Source: Candidatus Moraniibacteriota bacterium (GTDB lineage Bacteria; Patescibacteriota; Minisyncoccia; Moranbacterales; UBA2206). From it: a DNA stretch of 64,000 nt. Location: the NCBI GenBank assembly GCA_013334765.1, contig JAAXWW010000001.1, positions 39,816 through 103,815 of the forward strand, in the 5' to 3' direction. The notes beneath the pieces are model-generated. The model worked only from the letters and a program-made list of their open reading frames with translations. It was not told the origin of the DNA and made no database searches. Each line of letters begins with the position of its first letter. The stretch's first letter is position 1. Below, in pieces: positions 9,494 through 19,598 of this stretch. A program made the position numbers and the translations under genes.

Positions 9494-10792
9494 TTGAGTC
9501 TTATTATGATAAAGAAACTGACAGGATCGAAAGTCGAAATAACAAGGGAAATCCCGAGCGCTGTTTGGGAGAAATATATCGCGTCAGCTGTCAGCGACGC
9601 AGCCAGCGAATTCAAGTTCCAGGGGTTCCGCCCAGGGAAAGCTCCGAGGCATCTTGTGGAGCAGAAGGTCGGCAAGGACATCATCCTCAACAATGCCGCT
9701 GAAAAAGCTATCAGGAAAGACTATGTCGATTATGTCGTCGCTGAAAAGATGGACGTGATCGGAATGCCGGAAGTGAAGATCGTGAAGCTTACTGAAGGAG
9801 AGCCAATGACATATGAAGCACGGGTTGCGGTTATGCCGGAAATAAAGATCGATGCCAAATATAAGGACGAAGTGAAGAAGGTCAACGCTGAATTTTCCGG
9901 AAAGACTTTCGAAGCTGACGAAAAGGAAGTGGAGCTTGAGCTGGAAAGGCTTGCCAACAGCAGGGCGAAGCTGGTGACTGTCATGCGCGAGGCAAAAAAT
10001 GAAGACGCGGTCGAGATCGATTTCTCTGTCTTGGTCGGCGGCGTTCCTATTGAAGGAGGAACCAGCAAGAACCACGCGTTAGTTATCGGCAAAGGAGTTT
10101 TCATTCCTGGATTCGAAGAGAACCTGATCGGCATGAAAGAAGGGGATGAGAAAGAATTCGAACTCAGCTTTCCGAAAGACTATCACAAAGAAGATCTCAA
10201 GGGGAAACTCGCTACTTTCAAAGTGAAGATGAATATGGTTCAGGAGCGCGAGATTCCGAAAGTCGATGACGAGTTCGCCAAATCGCTCGGCAATTTCGAG
10301 AATCTTGAGGCGATCAAGAAGAATATGCGGGAAGGCATGGCGCATGAGAACGAGCATCGCATCAAAGAGGAAAGGAATGCCAAATATATCGAAGCCATGA
10401 TTGCCAATTTCAAAGGCGAGCTGCCGGAGACCATGATTTCCGAGGAGCTCAAGAAAATGATGCACGAATTCGAGCATCAAGTGGGCTCGATGGGCATGAC
10501 TATGGATGAATATCTTGCGCGCATCGGAAAGAAGAAATCGGACATGGAAAAAGACTGGAAGCCGCAGGCGGAGAAGAGGGTGAAATCAGCCTTGGCTCTT
10601 CGTGAAATCTCCAAGGAAGAATCGATCGAAGTCCCTCATGAAGAGATCGAAGCCGAGATGAATAAGACACTTCAATATTACAAGAGCGTCAAGAACGTCG
10701 AGAAGGACATCGATCTGGAAAGGCTCTATAATTACACGAAAGTGACTCTTGAAAACGACAAGGTGTTCGAAATGCTCGAGAAACTGAAATAG
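9494..10792 (+). CDS. tig: trigger factor
   Basis: GFRPGKAP ribosome-binding signature, central PPIase region, 432 aa. Confidence 0.85.
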   Translation: MSLIMIKKLTGSKVEITREIPSAVWEKYIASAVSDAASEFKFQGFRPGKAPRHLVEQKVGKDIILNNAAEKAIRKDYVDYVVAEKMDVIGMPEVKIVKLTEGEPMTYEARVAVMPEIKIDAKYKDEVKKVNAEFSGKTFEADEKEVELELERLANSRAKLVTVMREAKNEDAVEIDFSVLVGGVPIEGGTSKNHALVIGKGVFIPGFEENLIGMKEGDEKEFELSFPKDYHKEDLKGKLATFKVKMNMVQEREIPKVDDEFAKSLGNFENLEAIKKNMREGMAHENEHRIKEERNAKYIEAMIANFKGELPETMISEELKKMMHEFEHQVGSMGMTMDEYLARIGKKKSDMEKDWKPQAEKRVKSALALREISKEESIEVPHEEIEAEMNKTLQYYKSVKNVEKDIDLERLYNYTKVTLENDKVFEMLEKLK

Positions 10793-10852
10793 GCGCAGGA
10801 AATAGCAACGGATTGCATATAGAAACGCATAATCCATAACTGAATAAAAAAT

Positions 10853-11437
10853 ATGCAGAATCAATACCTTATCCCGACAGTCATCGAAAAAACCGGCTAT
10901 GGGGAGCGGGCCTATGACATATATTCGAGGCTTCTCAAGGACAGGATAATTTTTCTTGGCGGTCCGATCGATGATGTCTCGGCCAATAGCGTGATAGCTC
11001 AGCTGCTGTTCCTGGACTCCCAGAACGGCAAGGAAGATATCAAGCTCTATATCAATTCGCCAGGCGGATCAGTCACTTCAGCGCTCGCCATATATGACAC
11101 TATGCAATATGTGAGGGCTCAGGTCTCGACGATCTGTATCGGCATGGCAGCGTCGGCTGCAGCGCTTCTCCTGGCGTCAGGCGCCAAGGGGAAAAGGATA
11201 ATCCTGCCGAACGGGGAAGTCATGATCCATCAGGTGATGGGCGGAGCCCAGGGGCAAGCGACGGATATCGATATCCAAGCCCGCCATATCCTGAAGATCA
11301 AGGAGCGGCTCAATGAGATATTGTCCAAACACACCAAGCAATCGGTTGCCAAGGTGGCCAAAGATGCCGAGCGCGATTATTTCATGAGCGCCGAAGAGGC
11401 GAAAAAATACGGAATAGTGGACAAGATCATCAAATAG
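10853..11437 (+). CDS. clpP: ATP-dependent Clp protease proteolytic subunit
   Basis: [37 protein letters not shown] with the catalytic Ser/His/Asp context; 194 aa. Confidence 0.9.
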   Translation: MQNQYLIPTVIEKTGYGERAYDIYSRLLKDRIIFLGGPIDDVSANSVIAQLLFLDSQNGKEDIKLYINSPGGSVTSALAIYDTMQYVRAQVSTICIGMAASAAALLLASGAKGKRIILPNGEVMIHQVMGGAQGQATDIDIQARHILKIKERLNEILSKHTKQSVAKVAKDAERDYFMSAEEAKKYGIVDKIIK

Positions 11438-11462
11438 CCTTCATTGCTGTTCAGAATAAAAA

Positions 11463-11491
11463 AAGCTTCCTTTCTTAAGGAAGCTTTTTTT
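11463..11491. terminator. bidirectional intrinsic terminator (clpP / gpmI convergent)
   Basis: AAGCTTCCTT-tctt-AAGGAAGCTT followed by T6. Confidence 0.7.
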
Positions 11492-11509
11492 ATGTCTTGT
11501 TGCGAAGGG

Positions 11510-13069
11510 TTATTCCAATGCCTCGAGCAGGCTCTCCCCGGTCATTTCCTTGGGTTTTTCTATTTGCATGATGTCCAGGATGGTCGGGGATATATCGCTC
11601 AGGAGGCCGATTACTTTCGGTTCTCCCTGATCCCTTTTCTTTTCGGAATGGTTCTCGTTGGTGATGAACCAAAGCGGGACCGGGTTGGCGGAATGTTCGG
11701 TATCTTTCTCTCCAGTGTGGCGGTTTATCATCTCTTCGGCATTGCCATGGTCGGCCGTTATGAGCAGGCACCCGTTTTTCAAGAGGATCTCTTTGATCAA
11801 TCTCTCAAGGCAGGAATCGATCGTTTCGACGGCTTTTATAGCGGCCTGTTCGTTTCCGGTATGGCCGACGATATCGGCGTTGGCGAAATTGACCAAGACG
11901 AAATCGTATTTGTCTTTTTCCACCAGGCCGATGATCTTGTCGGTTATTTCATTCGCGCTCATTTCCGGCGCTTCGTCGAAGCTGCCCACGTTCTTCGACG
12001 GGATGATGACCCTGTCTTCTCCGGGATACGGTTCTTCGTTGCCTCCGTTGAAGAAATATGTGACATGGGCGAACTTTTCCGTCTCAGCGATTCTCAGCTG
12101 CTTCATCTTGTGATCAGCTAGGACTGACGCGAGGCACACCTTGACTTCGATAGGAGGGAAAGCGACTTCTGTCGGGAGGTCTTCCTCGTATTGGACCATT
12201 GTCGCGAACAGGATGTTCTTTCTCCGGCTGCATTTGAATTTGTCGAACCCCGGAACAACGAAGGCTTTCGTCATCTGACGCGCCCGGTCTTCGCGGAAGT
12301 TGAAGAAGATAACCGCGTCATTGTCTTTTATCTCTCCGATCGGCTGGCCGTTTTCAGTAACGGCAGCTGGCTCTATGTATTCGTCGAATATTTCCTTGGC
12401 ATATGACTTCTGGAGATAATCTATCGGGTCCTCGGTTGTCGGACCTTTGCCTTCGACTATGGAACAATACGATTTCTCGACCCTGTCCCAGTTGTTGTTG
12501 CGATCCATGCCATAATATCTTCCGCCGATGGTCGCTATGCGTCCGACTTTGTATAATGCTGTCCTGTTCTGCAGCTCTCTTAGGGTTTCTACTCCCGAGG
12601 TCGGAGGGGAGTCCCGTCCATCGATGAAGGCGTGGATGAATACCCGTTCCAATTTCTGATCGCGCATAAGCTCAAGAAGGGCATACAGGTGATCCAAATT
12701 GGAATGGATGCTGCCTTTTCCGACAAGGCCCATGATATGGAGGGCGCTTTTATTATCCTTGGCGTGATTGATGGCTTTCAGGAAGGCCGGGTTCTTGAAA
12801 AACTCCCCGCTTTGGATGGACATAGTTATGCGGGGAAGGCTTTGGTATATGACTTGCCCGGTTCCGAGCGATATGTGCCCGACTTCCGAGTTTCCCGGCT
12901 CTCCCCAGGGAAGGCCGACTGAGATGCCGGATGCCTGAATGGCGGCATGCGGATAGAACTCGTTCATTTTTTCGATGGTAGGCAATTCGGCTTCGGCGAT
13001 GGCGTTTCCGCGATCCTTGTCTCCTAGTCCCCATCCGTCCAGGACAACCAATACGACAGGTTTTTGCAT
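11510..13069 (-). CDS. gpmI: 2,3-bisphosphoglycerate-independent phosphoglycerate mutase
   Basis: N-terminus MQKPVVLVVLDGWG; alkaline-phosphatase-like metalloenzyme layout; 519 aa. Confidence 0.9.
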   Translation of the reverse strand: MQKPVVLVVLDGWGLGDKDRGNAIAEAELPTIEKMNEFYPHAAIQASGISVGLPWGEPGNSEVGHISLGTGQVIYQSLPRITMSIQSGEFFKNPAFLKAINHAKDNKSALHIMGLVGKGSIHSNLDHLYALLELMRDQKLERVFIHAFIDGRDSPPTSGVETLRELQNRTALYKVGRIATIGGRYYGMDRNNNWDRVEKSYCSIVEGKGPTTEDPIDYLQKSYAKEIFDEYIEPAAVTENGQPIGEIKDNDAVIFFNFREDRARQMTKAFVVPGFDKFKCSRRKNILFATMVQYEEDLPTEVAFPPIEVKVCLASVLADHKMKQLRIAETEKFAHVTYFFNGGNEEPYPGEDRVIIPSKNVGSFDEAPEMSANEITDKIIGLVEKDKYDFVLVNFANADIVGHTGNEQAAIKAVETIDSCLERLIKEILLKNGCLLITADHGNAEEMINRHTGEKDTEHSANPVPLWFITNENHSEKKRDQGEPKVIGLLSDISPTILDIMQIEKPKEMTGESLLEALE

Positions 13070-13294
13070 ATGTTTGAATTGCTTGCGGCATTAATTCGGC
13101 TTATTGACCTAATGATACCATCCGGGAGCTTCTTTGACAAAACGGGTGCAGTATAATACCATATAAGGCGTATGTAATTCATAATAGCTGTCGGATTTAG
13201 TTGATAAATAATAAAGCAATTAGGCTAAAAAATGGAAATATTTGCTGAGGAAAGCTCGAAACTATGATTTATCAATTGAACAGAAAAAAAACAT

Positions 13295-14824
13295 ATGGGA
13301 ATAGCACTGATTCTTGGAATCGGCGTTTTGTCTTTGGCTATCGGTTCCGTTTCCGGTTATGCCATAAGGAAGTCGATTGCTAAAAAGCAGCTCGACACTG
13401 CCGAAGGTAAAGCGGAAAAGCTCGTAGACGAGGCAGAGAAGAAATCGAAGGAAATAGTCCTTGAAGCGAAGAACAAAGCTGTCGGAATACTTGAGGACAC
13501 GAAAAGGAAAGAAGAAGAGCGCGAGAAGCAGATTCTCCGCACAGAGGAGAGGTTGGAAAAAAGAGAGAGCGTGATCGACAGCAAGATGGCTGAAATCGAT
13601 CGCGGCAGGGCTGCTCTTGAGAAGAAGGCTGAGGAGATCAGGAATATCAGGAAGGAAGTAGAGCAGATAAAAGAACAGGAACTCAAAAGGCTTGAAAAAA
13701 TAGCCGGCCTTTCGCAGGAGGCGGCAAAGCAGATCCTTCTTCAGCTCACTGAAGAGGAAAATCGTGACCTGGTTGCCAAGAGAATGAAACAGCTGGAGGC
13801 GGCCGGAAGCATTGAGCTTGAGAAGAAAGCGCGTGACATAATGACCCAAGCGATTCAGAAATATGCTGGCTCGCACGCAGCGGATGTGACCACCAGCACG
13901 GTGGCTATCCCGTCTGACGAAGTCAAAGGACGAATTATCGGACGCGAAGGAAGGAATATCAAAGCACTTGAAAGGCTCACGGGAATCGAGATCATCGTCG
14001 ATGACACGCCGGAAGCGATTGTCATTTCAGGCTTCGATCCGGTGAGGCGCGAAATCGCCAGGATCGCTCTTGAGAAGCTGGTTTCGGACGGAAGGATCCA
14101 TCCGACCAAGATCGAAGAAGCGGTCGAGTTCGCCAAATCGGAAATCAACAACAAGGTCCGCGAGGCCGGAGAAGCGGCTGCCTATGATGTCGGAGTCGCC
14201 GGGCTGGATCCGAAGCTTGTCAGCATCCTCGGACGCCTTCGCTATAGGACAAGCTATGGACAGAACGCTCTCCTGCATTCTTTGGAGGTGGCTCACCTTT
14301 CAGGCGCGCTGGCAGCTGAGCTCGGAGCGGACGTCAATCTCGCCAAGCGGGCAGGGCTTCTCCATGACATCGGAAAAGCGGTAGATCATGAGGTGCAGGG
14401 CACGCATGTCGAAATCGGCATCAAGATCCTTGAGAAGTTCAAGATCGGCAAGGAAATCATCAACGCGATGAAATCCCATCACGAGGATTATCCTTTCGAG
14501 TCACCGGAATCCATGATCATCTCGGCGGCCGATGCGATTTCTGCCAGCCGTCCCGGAGCAAGGAAAGACACTCTTGAAAACTATCTGAAACGTCTGGGCG
14601 AGCTCGAAGGAGTCGCTAATTCTTTCGAAGAAGTGGAAAAAACCTATGCTATCCAAGCCGGGCGCGAAATCAGGGTGTTCGTGAAGCCGGAGAAGGTGGA
14701 TGATCTGGGCGCGATAAAGCTGGCCCGTTCCATCGCTGACAAGATCGAGAAAGAACTCAAATATCCAGGCGAAATCAAGGTCAATGTCATCCGCGAAACG
14801 AGGGTTACCGAGTTCGCCAGATAG
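13295..14824 (+). CDS. rny: ribonuclease Y
   Basis: N-terminal TM helix, coiled-coil, KH domain (GRIIGREGRNIKALE) and HD domain (LLHDIGKAVDHE); 509 aa. Confidence 0.9.
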   Translation: MGIALILGIGVLSLAIGSVSGYAIRKSIAKKQLDTAEGKAEKLVDEAEKKSKEIVLEAKNKAVGILEDTKRKEEEREKQILRTEERLEKRESVIDSKMAEIDRGRAALEKKAEEIRNIRKEVEQIKEQELKRLEKIAGLSQEAAKQILLQLTEEENRDLVAKRMKQLEAAGSIELEKKARDIMTQAIQKYAGSHAADVTTSTVAIPSDEVKGRIIGREGRNIKALERLTGIEIIVDDTPEAIVISGFDPVRREIARIALEKLVSDGRIHPTKIEEAVEFAKSEINNKVREAGEAAAYDVGVAGLDPKLVSILGRLRYRTSYGQNALLHSLEVAHLSGALAAELGADVNLAKRAGLLHDIGKAVDHEVQGTHVEIGIKILEKFKIGKEIINAMKSHHEDYPFESPESMIISAADAISASRPGARKDTLENYLKRLGELEGVANSFEEVEKTYAIQAGREIRVFVKPEKVDDLGAIKLARSIADKIEKELKYPGEIKVNVIRETRVTEFAR

Positions 14825-14914
14825 CCTTGGAATGCCATTTGCCTTATGTAAGGGAAAAGGAGTAAAATAGAAGGGTAGATAAGACAAAAATATTTTTTGA
14901 AAGGAGGTGAAGTT

Positions 14915-15199
14915 ATGGCTAAAAACATGAACAAGGATATGCTCGTGAGTTCGATCAATGAGAAGACCGATCTTTCCAAGAAGGACATCGAGTTGGTTAT
15001 CGACACTATGACTGACGTCATCACTAAAGCTCTTCAGGGAGGGGACAAGGTCACTTTCACAGGATTCGGCACTTTCAGGATTTCTGACCGCGCTGCCCGC
15101 GAAGGCATCAATCCTCAGACCAAAGAGAAAATCCAGATTCCTGCTATGAAAGTCCCTAAGTTTACTGCTGGGAAGGCTCTCAAGGAAGCTGTCAAATAA
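14915..15199 (+). CDS. hup: DNA-binding protein HU
   Basis: AGGAGG sits 6 nt upstream of the ATG at 14915. The sequence ..FTGFGTFRISDRAAREGINPQTKEKIQIPAMKVPKFTAGKALKEAV matches the HU family. Confidence 0.9.
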   Translation: MAKNMNKDMLVSSINEKTDLSKKDIELVIDTMTDVITKALQGGDKVTFTGFGTFRISDRAAREGINPQTKEKIQIPAMKVPKFTAGKALKEAVK

Positions 15200-15260
15200 T
15201 TTTCTGGGAAAGACGCGCTTTTGATCCGGAACCGCTTTGGCGGCCGGATGATAGAAACAA

Positions 15261-15295
15261 AAACCCGCCCCTATCGTTAGGGCGGGTTTTCGTTT
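15261..15295 (+). terminator. intrinsic terminator after hup
   Basis: AAACCCGCCC-tatcgtta-GGGCGGGTTT followed by a T-rich tail. Confidence 0.7.
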
Positions 15296-15421
15296 CCCGA
15301 TGCTTCTTCTGGAACGAAACGCCCGGGTTATTGACTTAAATATGATTTGCAGGTACCATATCTAGTGTTCGGGAAACAGGAAGGCAGGCGGCGATAGGCA
15401 TACTTTCTGGCCAGTGAACAG

Positions 15422-15492
15422 CGGGATGTGGTGTAGTGGTAGCACGATTGGTTTGGGACCATTTAGCCCGAGTTCGACTCTCGGCATCCCGA
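15422..15492 (+). tRNA. tRNA-Pro (anticodon TGG)
   Basis: Acceptor CGGGATG/CATCCCG with discriminator A. D-arm GTGT/GCAC. Anticodon loop TTTGGGA. T-arm CCGAG-TTCGACT-CTCGG. One U-U mismatch in the anticodon stem. No encoded CCA. Confidence 0.6.
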
Positions 15493-15539
15493 CAGGGGTT
15501 TGTGTTTATTGAAAAATGGTTTTTGGGTTTCTATGAAAG

Positions 15540-15680
15540 AAGTCGAGCTAAGGCTCGGCGAAAGTCTCCTTCGCGACCATCAGCGGGCTTTGCCCGCGTG
15601 CCGTCGCTGTGATGAGACGAAGGCCTCCTTCGCGCCTTCCTAGCGGGCTTTGCCCGCTGGAAGCCGCTACGGCGGCTGAA
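15540..15680. repeat. tandemly duplicated ~60-bp structured spacer between tRNA-Pro and tRNA-Gly
   Basis: Two copies of the hairpin GCGGGC-TTT-GCCCGC (15583-15597 and 15643-15657). Each is preceded by a CTCCTTCGCG-containing hairpin (GCGAA..TTCGC / CGAAGG..CCTTCG). Confidence 0.5.
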
Positions 15681-15681
15681 A

Positions 15682-15756
15682 GCGGGTGTCGTATAGTGGC
15701 TATTATATCAGCCTTCCAAGCTGAGGAGGGGGGTTCGATTCCCCCTACCCGCTCCA
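15682..15756 (+). tRNA. tRNA-Gly (anticodon TCC), CCA encoded
   Basis: Acceptor GCGGGTG/TACCCGC. Anticodon stem TCAGC/GCTGA with loop CTTCCAA. T-arm GGGGG-TTCGATT-CCCCC. Discriminator T followed by CCA. Confidence 0.75.
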
Positions 15757-17510
15757 AGGACAATTTCTTGCCCCGAAACACCTAGAACAGATTGAAGAAT
15801 ATCTTGGGGCAACTTCAATTTAATATGAAGACGGAAAGGGATCATTTGATCCTTTTTTCGTTTCCCAGCGATGATGTCGGCATTCTCTACTGGTCGAGAA
15901 TATACAACGATTTCATCAATGAGAGAATGCAGTAGCGTGTAAGTATCAGCTCTGTTTTCTGCTATGTTGTCGAGAGTATGGATATATTTTTGAGAAAACA
16001 GCTCCAGAGTCTTTTCATAACCCTGCGAAAGTGAATTTTCGGAAATTCGGCGGTCAATTTCTTCAATATCTTTTTTATATTTTATTTCAACATCATTCAA
16101 TTCCTTATATCGCCTGCCAAGTTCTGTTCCATCTATTACGCTCAAAGAGTGTTGCTCTCTCAATCTCTCCTTACGATTTGGAAGAGCATTTATCAATTTA
16201 GCCATTCCTTCACGTTGCATGCTTAACTGCTTCAATGCGACTCTTGATGATTGCAGTTTTCTTTGATGATTATAGGTTGCAAGAGGATTTGCCAAAAGCC
16301 TTTTACTGAAGCCTACTATATACTCTTCTATTTCTTTAGCAGGCAGTGGTATAGTATGACAAGTTGTTGAATACTTGCTAGGGTTTTTCTTTCCGCACTT
16401 ATATGAATATGTGAATTTATTACTGCCTTTTTTAAGTTCCTTTCTATCGCCAACCCAGTGCATCATTCCGGTTTTTTCTTCAGGGTTGTGGCATGCGTCG
16501 CAAGTCAAAAGGCCACTAAGAAGATAGATGTGTCCACTTTTTGTTTTTTTCTTTTCGTGTTTGGAAGACTTCAACAAACGTTGCGTTTTTTCAAATGTTA
16601 AAGGGTCGATAATTATTGGGAATTGAAATTCTCCAAGTTTCCATTCTTCTTTTGAAAGTTGTTTGCCTTTTTTCTTCTTATCATAATAGTATTTTCCGAT
16701 ATAAATTTCGTCTTGCAAAATCAATCTTATTCTTTCGGGTCTCCAAAAATTGTGCGGATTTTTCTTTTTTGTTTCACCGCTTTTTTTCTTGTGCAAAATT
16801 GCAGAGGCTTCTGGCGAAGGGTTTCCTGCGGAAGTCAGATGAGCTGCAATTTCATATGCACTTTTTTTCTCATTCAAAAACATATTGAAAATAAGCCTTA
16901 CAATAACTGCTTCCTCTTCAAGAATTTCCAAGTGCTTGTCCTTATTTTTAATGTATCCAAATACTGCAAACGAACCCATTGGGATCCCACTTTTTATTGC
17001 TTGGTTTCTGCCATCCTGAGTGCGTTGCTTTATGGTCTCAACTTCAAGCTCTGCTATTATTCCGACAATGCCAAAAATTGCCTTACCAAAAGGTGTTGTG
17101 GTGTCTATGCTTTCATTTGCTGAAATAAATTTAACACCAATTTCATCAAAAAAATCAACGATATTCAAAAGGATTTTTAGTCTTCTGGCAAAACGATCTA
17201 TTTTATATACTGCTACAACATCAAATGGCCTGTTGTCTTTCGGTGCCATTGTTAAATCCTCCATGAGCTGTGCAAAGGCTGGTCTTTCTTCGATGGGAAT
17301 TGTTCCGCTAACTCCATCGTCAATATAGATATGCTTTTCTCCTGCAAGGCTCCAAACTCCACTGCCATCTTCAAGTTTACCTTTTGACTTAATAAGATTC
17401 AAAAGGGCTTCTTTTTGCATATCTAAGCCATATTTTTCAGCCTGTTCATCGGTTGATACTCTAATATAAAGAGCGACTCTTAGGCTTTCTGGATTTGTAT
17501 TTGTTTGCAT
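15708..17510 (-). CDS. large serine recombinase (phage-type serine integrase)
   Basis: N-terminal resolvase catalytic domain (RVALYIRVSTDEQ.., catalytic Ser context). A 600-aa protein with a Cys-containing recombinase/zinc-ribbon region. The 3' end overlaps tRNA-Gly by about 49 bp. Confidence 0.85.
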   Translation of the reverse strand: MQTNTNPESLRVALYIRVSTDEQAEKYGLDMQKEALLNLIKSKGKLEDGSGVWSLAGEKHIYIDDGVSGTIPIEERPAFAQLMEDLTMAPKDNRPFDVVAVYKIDRFARRLKILLNIVDFFDEIGVKFISANESIDTTTPFGKAIFGIVGIIAELEVETIKQRTQDGRNQAIKSGIPMGSFAVFGYIKNKDKHLEILEEEAVIVRLIFNMFLNEKKSAYEIAAHLTSAGNPSPEASAILHKKKSGETKKKNPHNFWRPERIRLILQDEIYIGKYYYDKKKKGKQLSKEEWKLGEFQFPIIIDPLTFEKTQRLLKSSKHEKKKTKSGHIYLLSGLLTCDACHNPEEKTGMMHWVGDRKELKKGSNKFTYSYKCGKKNPSKYSTTCHTIPLPAKEIEEYIVGFSKRLLANPLATYNHQRKLQSSRVALKQLSMQREGMAKLINALPNRKERLREQHSLSVIDGTELGRRYKELNDVEIKYKKDIEEIDRRISENSLSQGYEKTLELFSQKYIHTLDNIAENRADTYTLLHSLIDEIVVYSRPVENADIIAGKRKKDQMIPFRLHIKLKLPQDILQSVLGVSGQEIVLGAGRGNRTPLLSLEG

Positions 17511-17750
17511 AAAGTTATAACAAGTAAAAGGTACGAATAGGTATAAGTAACGGAGGGAGGCATTTTTTGTATTTATAGCTTAACCGCCTTTGCCTAAGAA
17601 ATTGAAAAATGAATATAAAAAACAGCCAAAAAGACTGACGGGATAAAGACTAAAATTTTATAGTTTTTCCAAAACATTCAATTACAACTAAAATATAAAC
17701 CTACTTTTAAAGTAAGACTTATCTTAGATAAATGCAAGACCCCACAGATC

Positions 17751-18374
17751 TTAATACTTTATGATTTTGTTAATGGCAGCAGAAGAATCATCAACACCTT
17801 TTAAATAAATTGAAAATTGATGAAATCCAGTGTTGGCATTTTTAATATATTCTCCCACAAAGTGCTTGCCGACATAAGCAGAATCCGCATTCGTAGCATT
17901 AGCAATATTTGGCTGTATCGTTGCTGATTTTTTGTCCGTATGAATAAAAATAAAAGCACTGCGTTCATTTTGCATATCATCTTTGATTGTTTGCCCCAAA
18001 GCTGTCATATCGTCAAAATTGAGATATTTAGGATCAATGACTATCCTTTCGCCAGTTCCGCCGTCGGGAATGCTCCATTTTTGAACCACTTCGTAAGGAA
18101 TTTTTTTGCTGGCCTGGGTTATAGGATTGCTGCTTTTATTATTGTTTGCTTGTGGCCGATTGGGTTGGCTTTTTGTTGCAGCTATAATTGAAGATATTAT
18201 TGGAATCCCAATCAAAATAACCAAAATTAGGACAAGCCAAGGCAGACAACCTTTTTTCTTTTTTATTACCACTTCCATTGGCTGCTGATTTTTTCCGGAA
18301 AGATCGCTTCCGCAATGTTTGCATTTGATTGCTTCGTCCTGAATTTCTTCAGAACAAAAAGAACACTTTTTCAT
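17751..18374 (-). CDS. zinc-ribbon membrane protein (hypothetical)
   Basis: N-terminal CxxC-x12-CxxC ribbon (CSFCSEE..CKHCGSD), one TM helix and a 140-aa extracytoplasmic domain. Confidence 0.5.
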   Translation of the reverse strand: MKKCSFCSEEIQDEAIKCKHCGSDLSGKNQQPMEVVIKKKKGCLPWLVLILVILIGIPIISSIIAATKSQPNRPQANNNKSSNPITQASKKIPYEVVQKWSIPDGGTGERIVIDPKYLNFDDMTALGQTIKDDMQNERSAFIFIHTDKKSATIQPNIANATNADSAYVGKHFVGEYIKNANTGFHQFSIYLKGVDDSSAAINKIIKY

Positions 18375-18933
18375 AGACTTTTCGTTTAATTTTTAAAGTG
18401 CTGGTCGGGATACACAAAACCCCGTGCCAGCTAGGTCTTGCGACCCTATATCCGTTTCCAGATATAGCCCAATCACGAGTTGCTGAACGCGGGGTTCAGT
18501 GTCGTGATTGGGTCTTGTATGCCATACCGTAAAATTTTACTTCTACGGGTTAGGCAAATTAAATTGTAACCTTATTATGCCTTATAACTGCCGAAAAGGC
18601 AAAATTTGGCTATTTTTTGACTGCTAAGAAAGGAAATGCTCTAATATGGGCAATCCTACCAAATTACTGATTAGCTCCCTTAAGGCCTAGTCAGGGAGTC
18701 TAGGAGTGAAAAACAGACGGTAATTTTTATCCAAACAAATAGTTTATTTTTGTCCGCTCGTGTCCGTTTATTTTTTTCCAAATCTGTCCCTCTTGATCCG
18801 TTTTTATTTTATACTAAATTAGGCTTATCTTGGCTCAACTCAGGGATTATTAGCACATTTTACTAAATTGAATTATTTTACTGTCCAAATGAACAAAGGA
18901 ACATAAAAAAATGATGTAAAACTGGATAAAAAT

Positions 18934-18980
18934 AGGGCGGAAGTTTTTTCTGACAACTCTGTCAAATTGACTTCCGCCCT
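18934..18980 (-). terminator. intrinsic terminator for the 19024..19467 gene (nested hairpin)
   Basis: On the - strand the 11-bp stem AGGGCGGAAGT/ACTTCCGCCCT, with an inner 5-bp stem TGACA/TGTCA, is followed by ATTTTTAT. It lies 44 nt downstream of the stop. Confidence 0.55.
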
Positions 18981-19023
18981 ATAATATTTACAAATATGAT
19001 GTCTGCTATACTGGCAACATCGT

Positions 19024-19467
19024 TTAGTCTTTGGATTTATCAAATAGAAAGTGGAGCAGCTGTTCATTTTCCTCCTCCATTGAACTGATTGCTACACTAA
19101 GGGGCTGTCTTTTTGGACCAAGATCTATAACAGGATTAACTGAACCATAAAAATAAAAACCTATATTATTATCAGACTTTTTCTTGCTAGCATCCTTTCT
19201 AAAATAAACCTCAAGACCTTCTTCTTCAATTTTGTGTTTTTTAGCAAAATTATCGAATGTCTTAATTATAAAATCAGAAAATTCCAGTTGAGTTATGCCC
19301 CCTTCTAAACTTATAACAAATCTTCTTCTAGTCTTAGGTTTAAGATTATCAGATGAAAAATTCACCAGTTCTTCGTTAGAACTATATTTTTCAATAGCTT
19401 CACTGGTATCATTTGGTTTTTTATTATCTAAATGCTTACTATTTCGACTGTGTTGCGTTTTTGCCAT
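19024..19467 (-). CDS. hypothetical protein
   Basis: 147-aa ORF, K/E-rich, no recognised motif. Confidence 0.45.
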   Translation of the reverse strand: MAKTQHSRNSKHLDNKKPNDTSEAIEKYSSNEELVNFSSDNLKPKTRRRFVISLEGGITQLEFSDFIIKTFDNFAKKHKIEEEGLEVYFRKDASKKKSDNNIGFYFYGSVNPVIDLGPKRQPLSVAISSMEEENEQLLHFLFDKSKD

Positions 19468-19543
19468 AAAAGTGACGATTTTATGCGATTTGATTATTAA
19501 CGCCTATACGGTGAATTTCTTTGTCTATATTGTAGCATATCAA

Positions 19544-19598
19544 GATTAAATTGTATTTTTCATTGATATTTATATTGTGGGGTAGAAATTTGCCGATC
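19544..19598. repeat. ~55-bp direct repeat, copy 1 (second copy at 21447..21500)
   Basis: AAGATTAAATTGTATTTTTCATTGATATTTATATTGTGGGGTAGAAATTTGCCG versus AAGACTAAATTGTATTTTTCATTGATATT-ATATTTCGGGGTAGGAATTTGCCG. Confidence 0.7.

Noticed and set aside
11444-13091. Several + and - strand ORFs (11444..12121, 11658..12113, 12191..12922, 12753..13091) inside gpmI
   Set aside because: All are embedded in or antisense to the well-supported gpmI reading frame and have no start context.
15300-15420. Possible promoter TTGACT-N17-TACCAT upstream of tRNA-Pro
   Set aside because: The -10 hexamer is poor (3/6) and nothing else corroborates it, so it is not listed as a feature.
15548-15781. ORF 15548..15781(-)
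   Set aside because: It overlaps tRNA-Gly and the hairpin-repeat spacer. Its Ala/Ser/Gly-rich translation is typical of reading through structured RNA.
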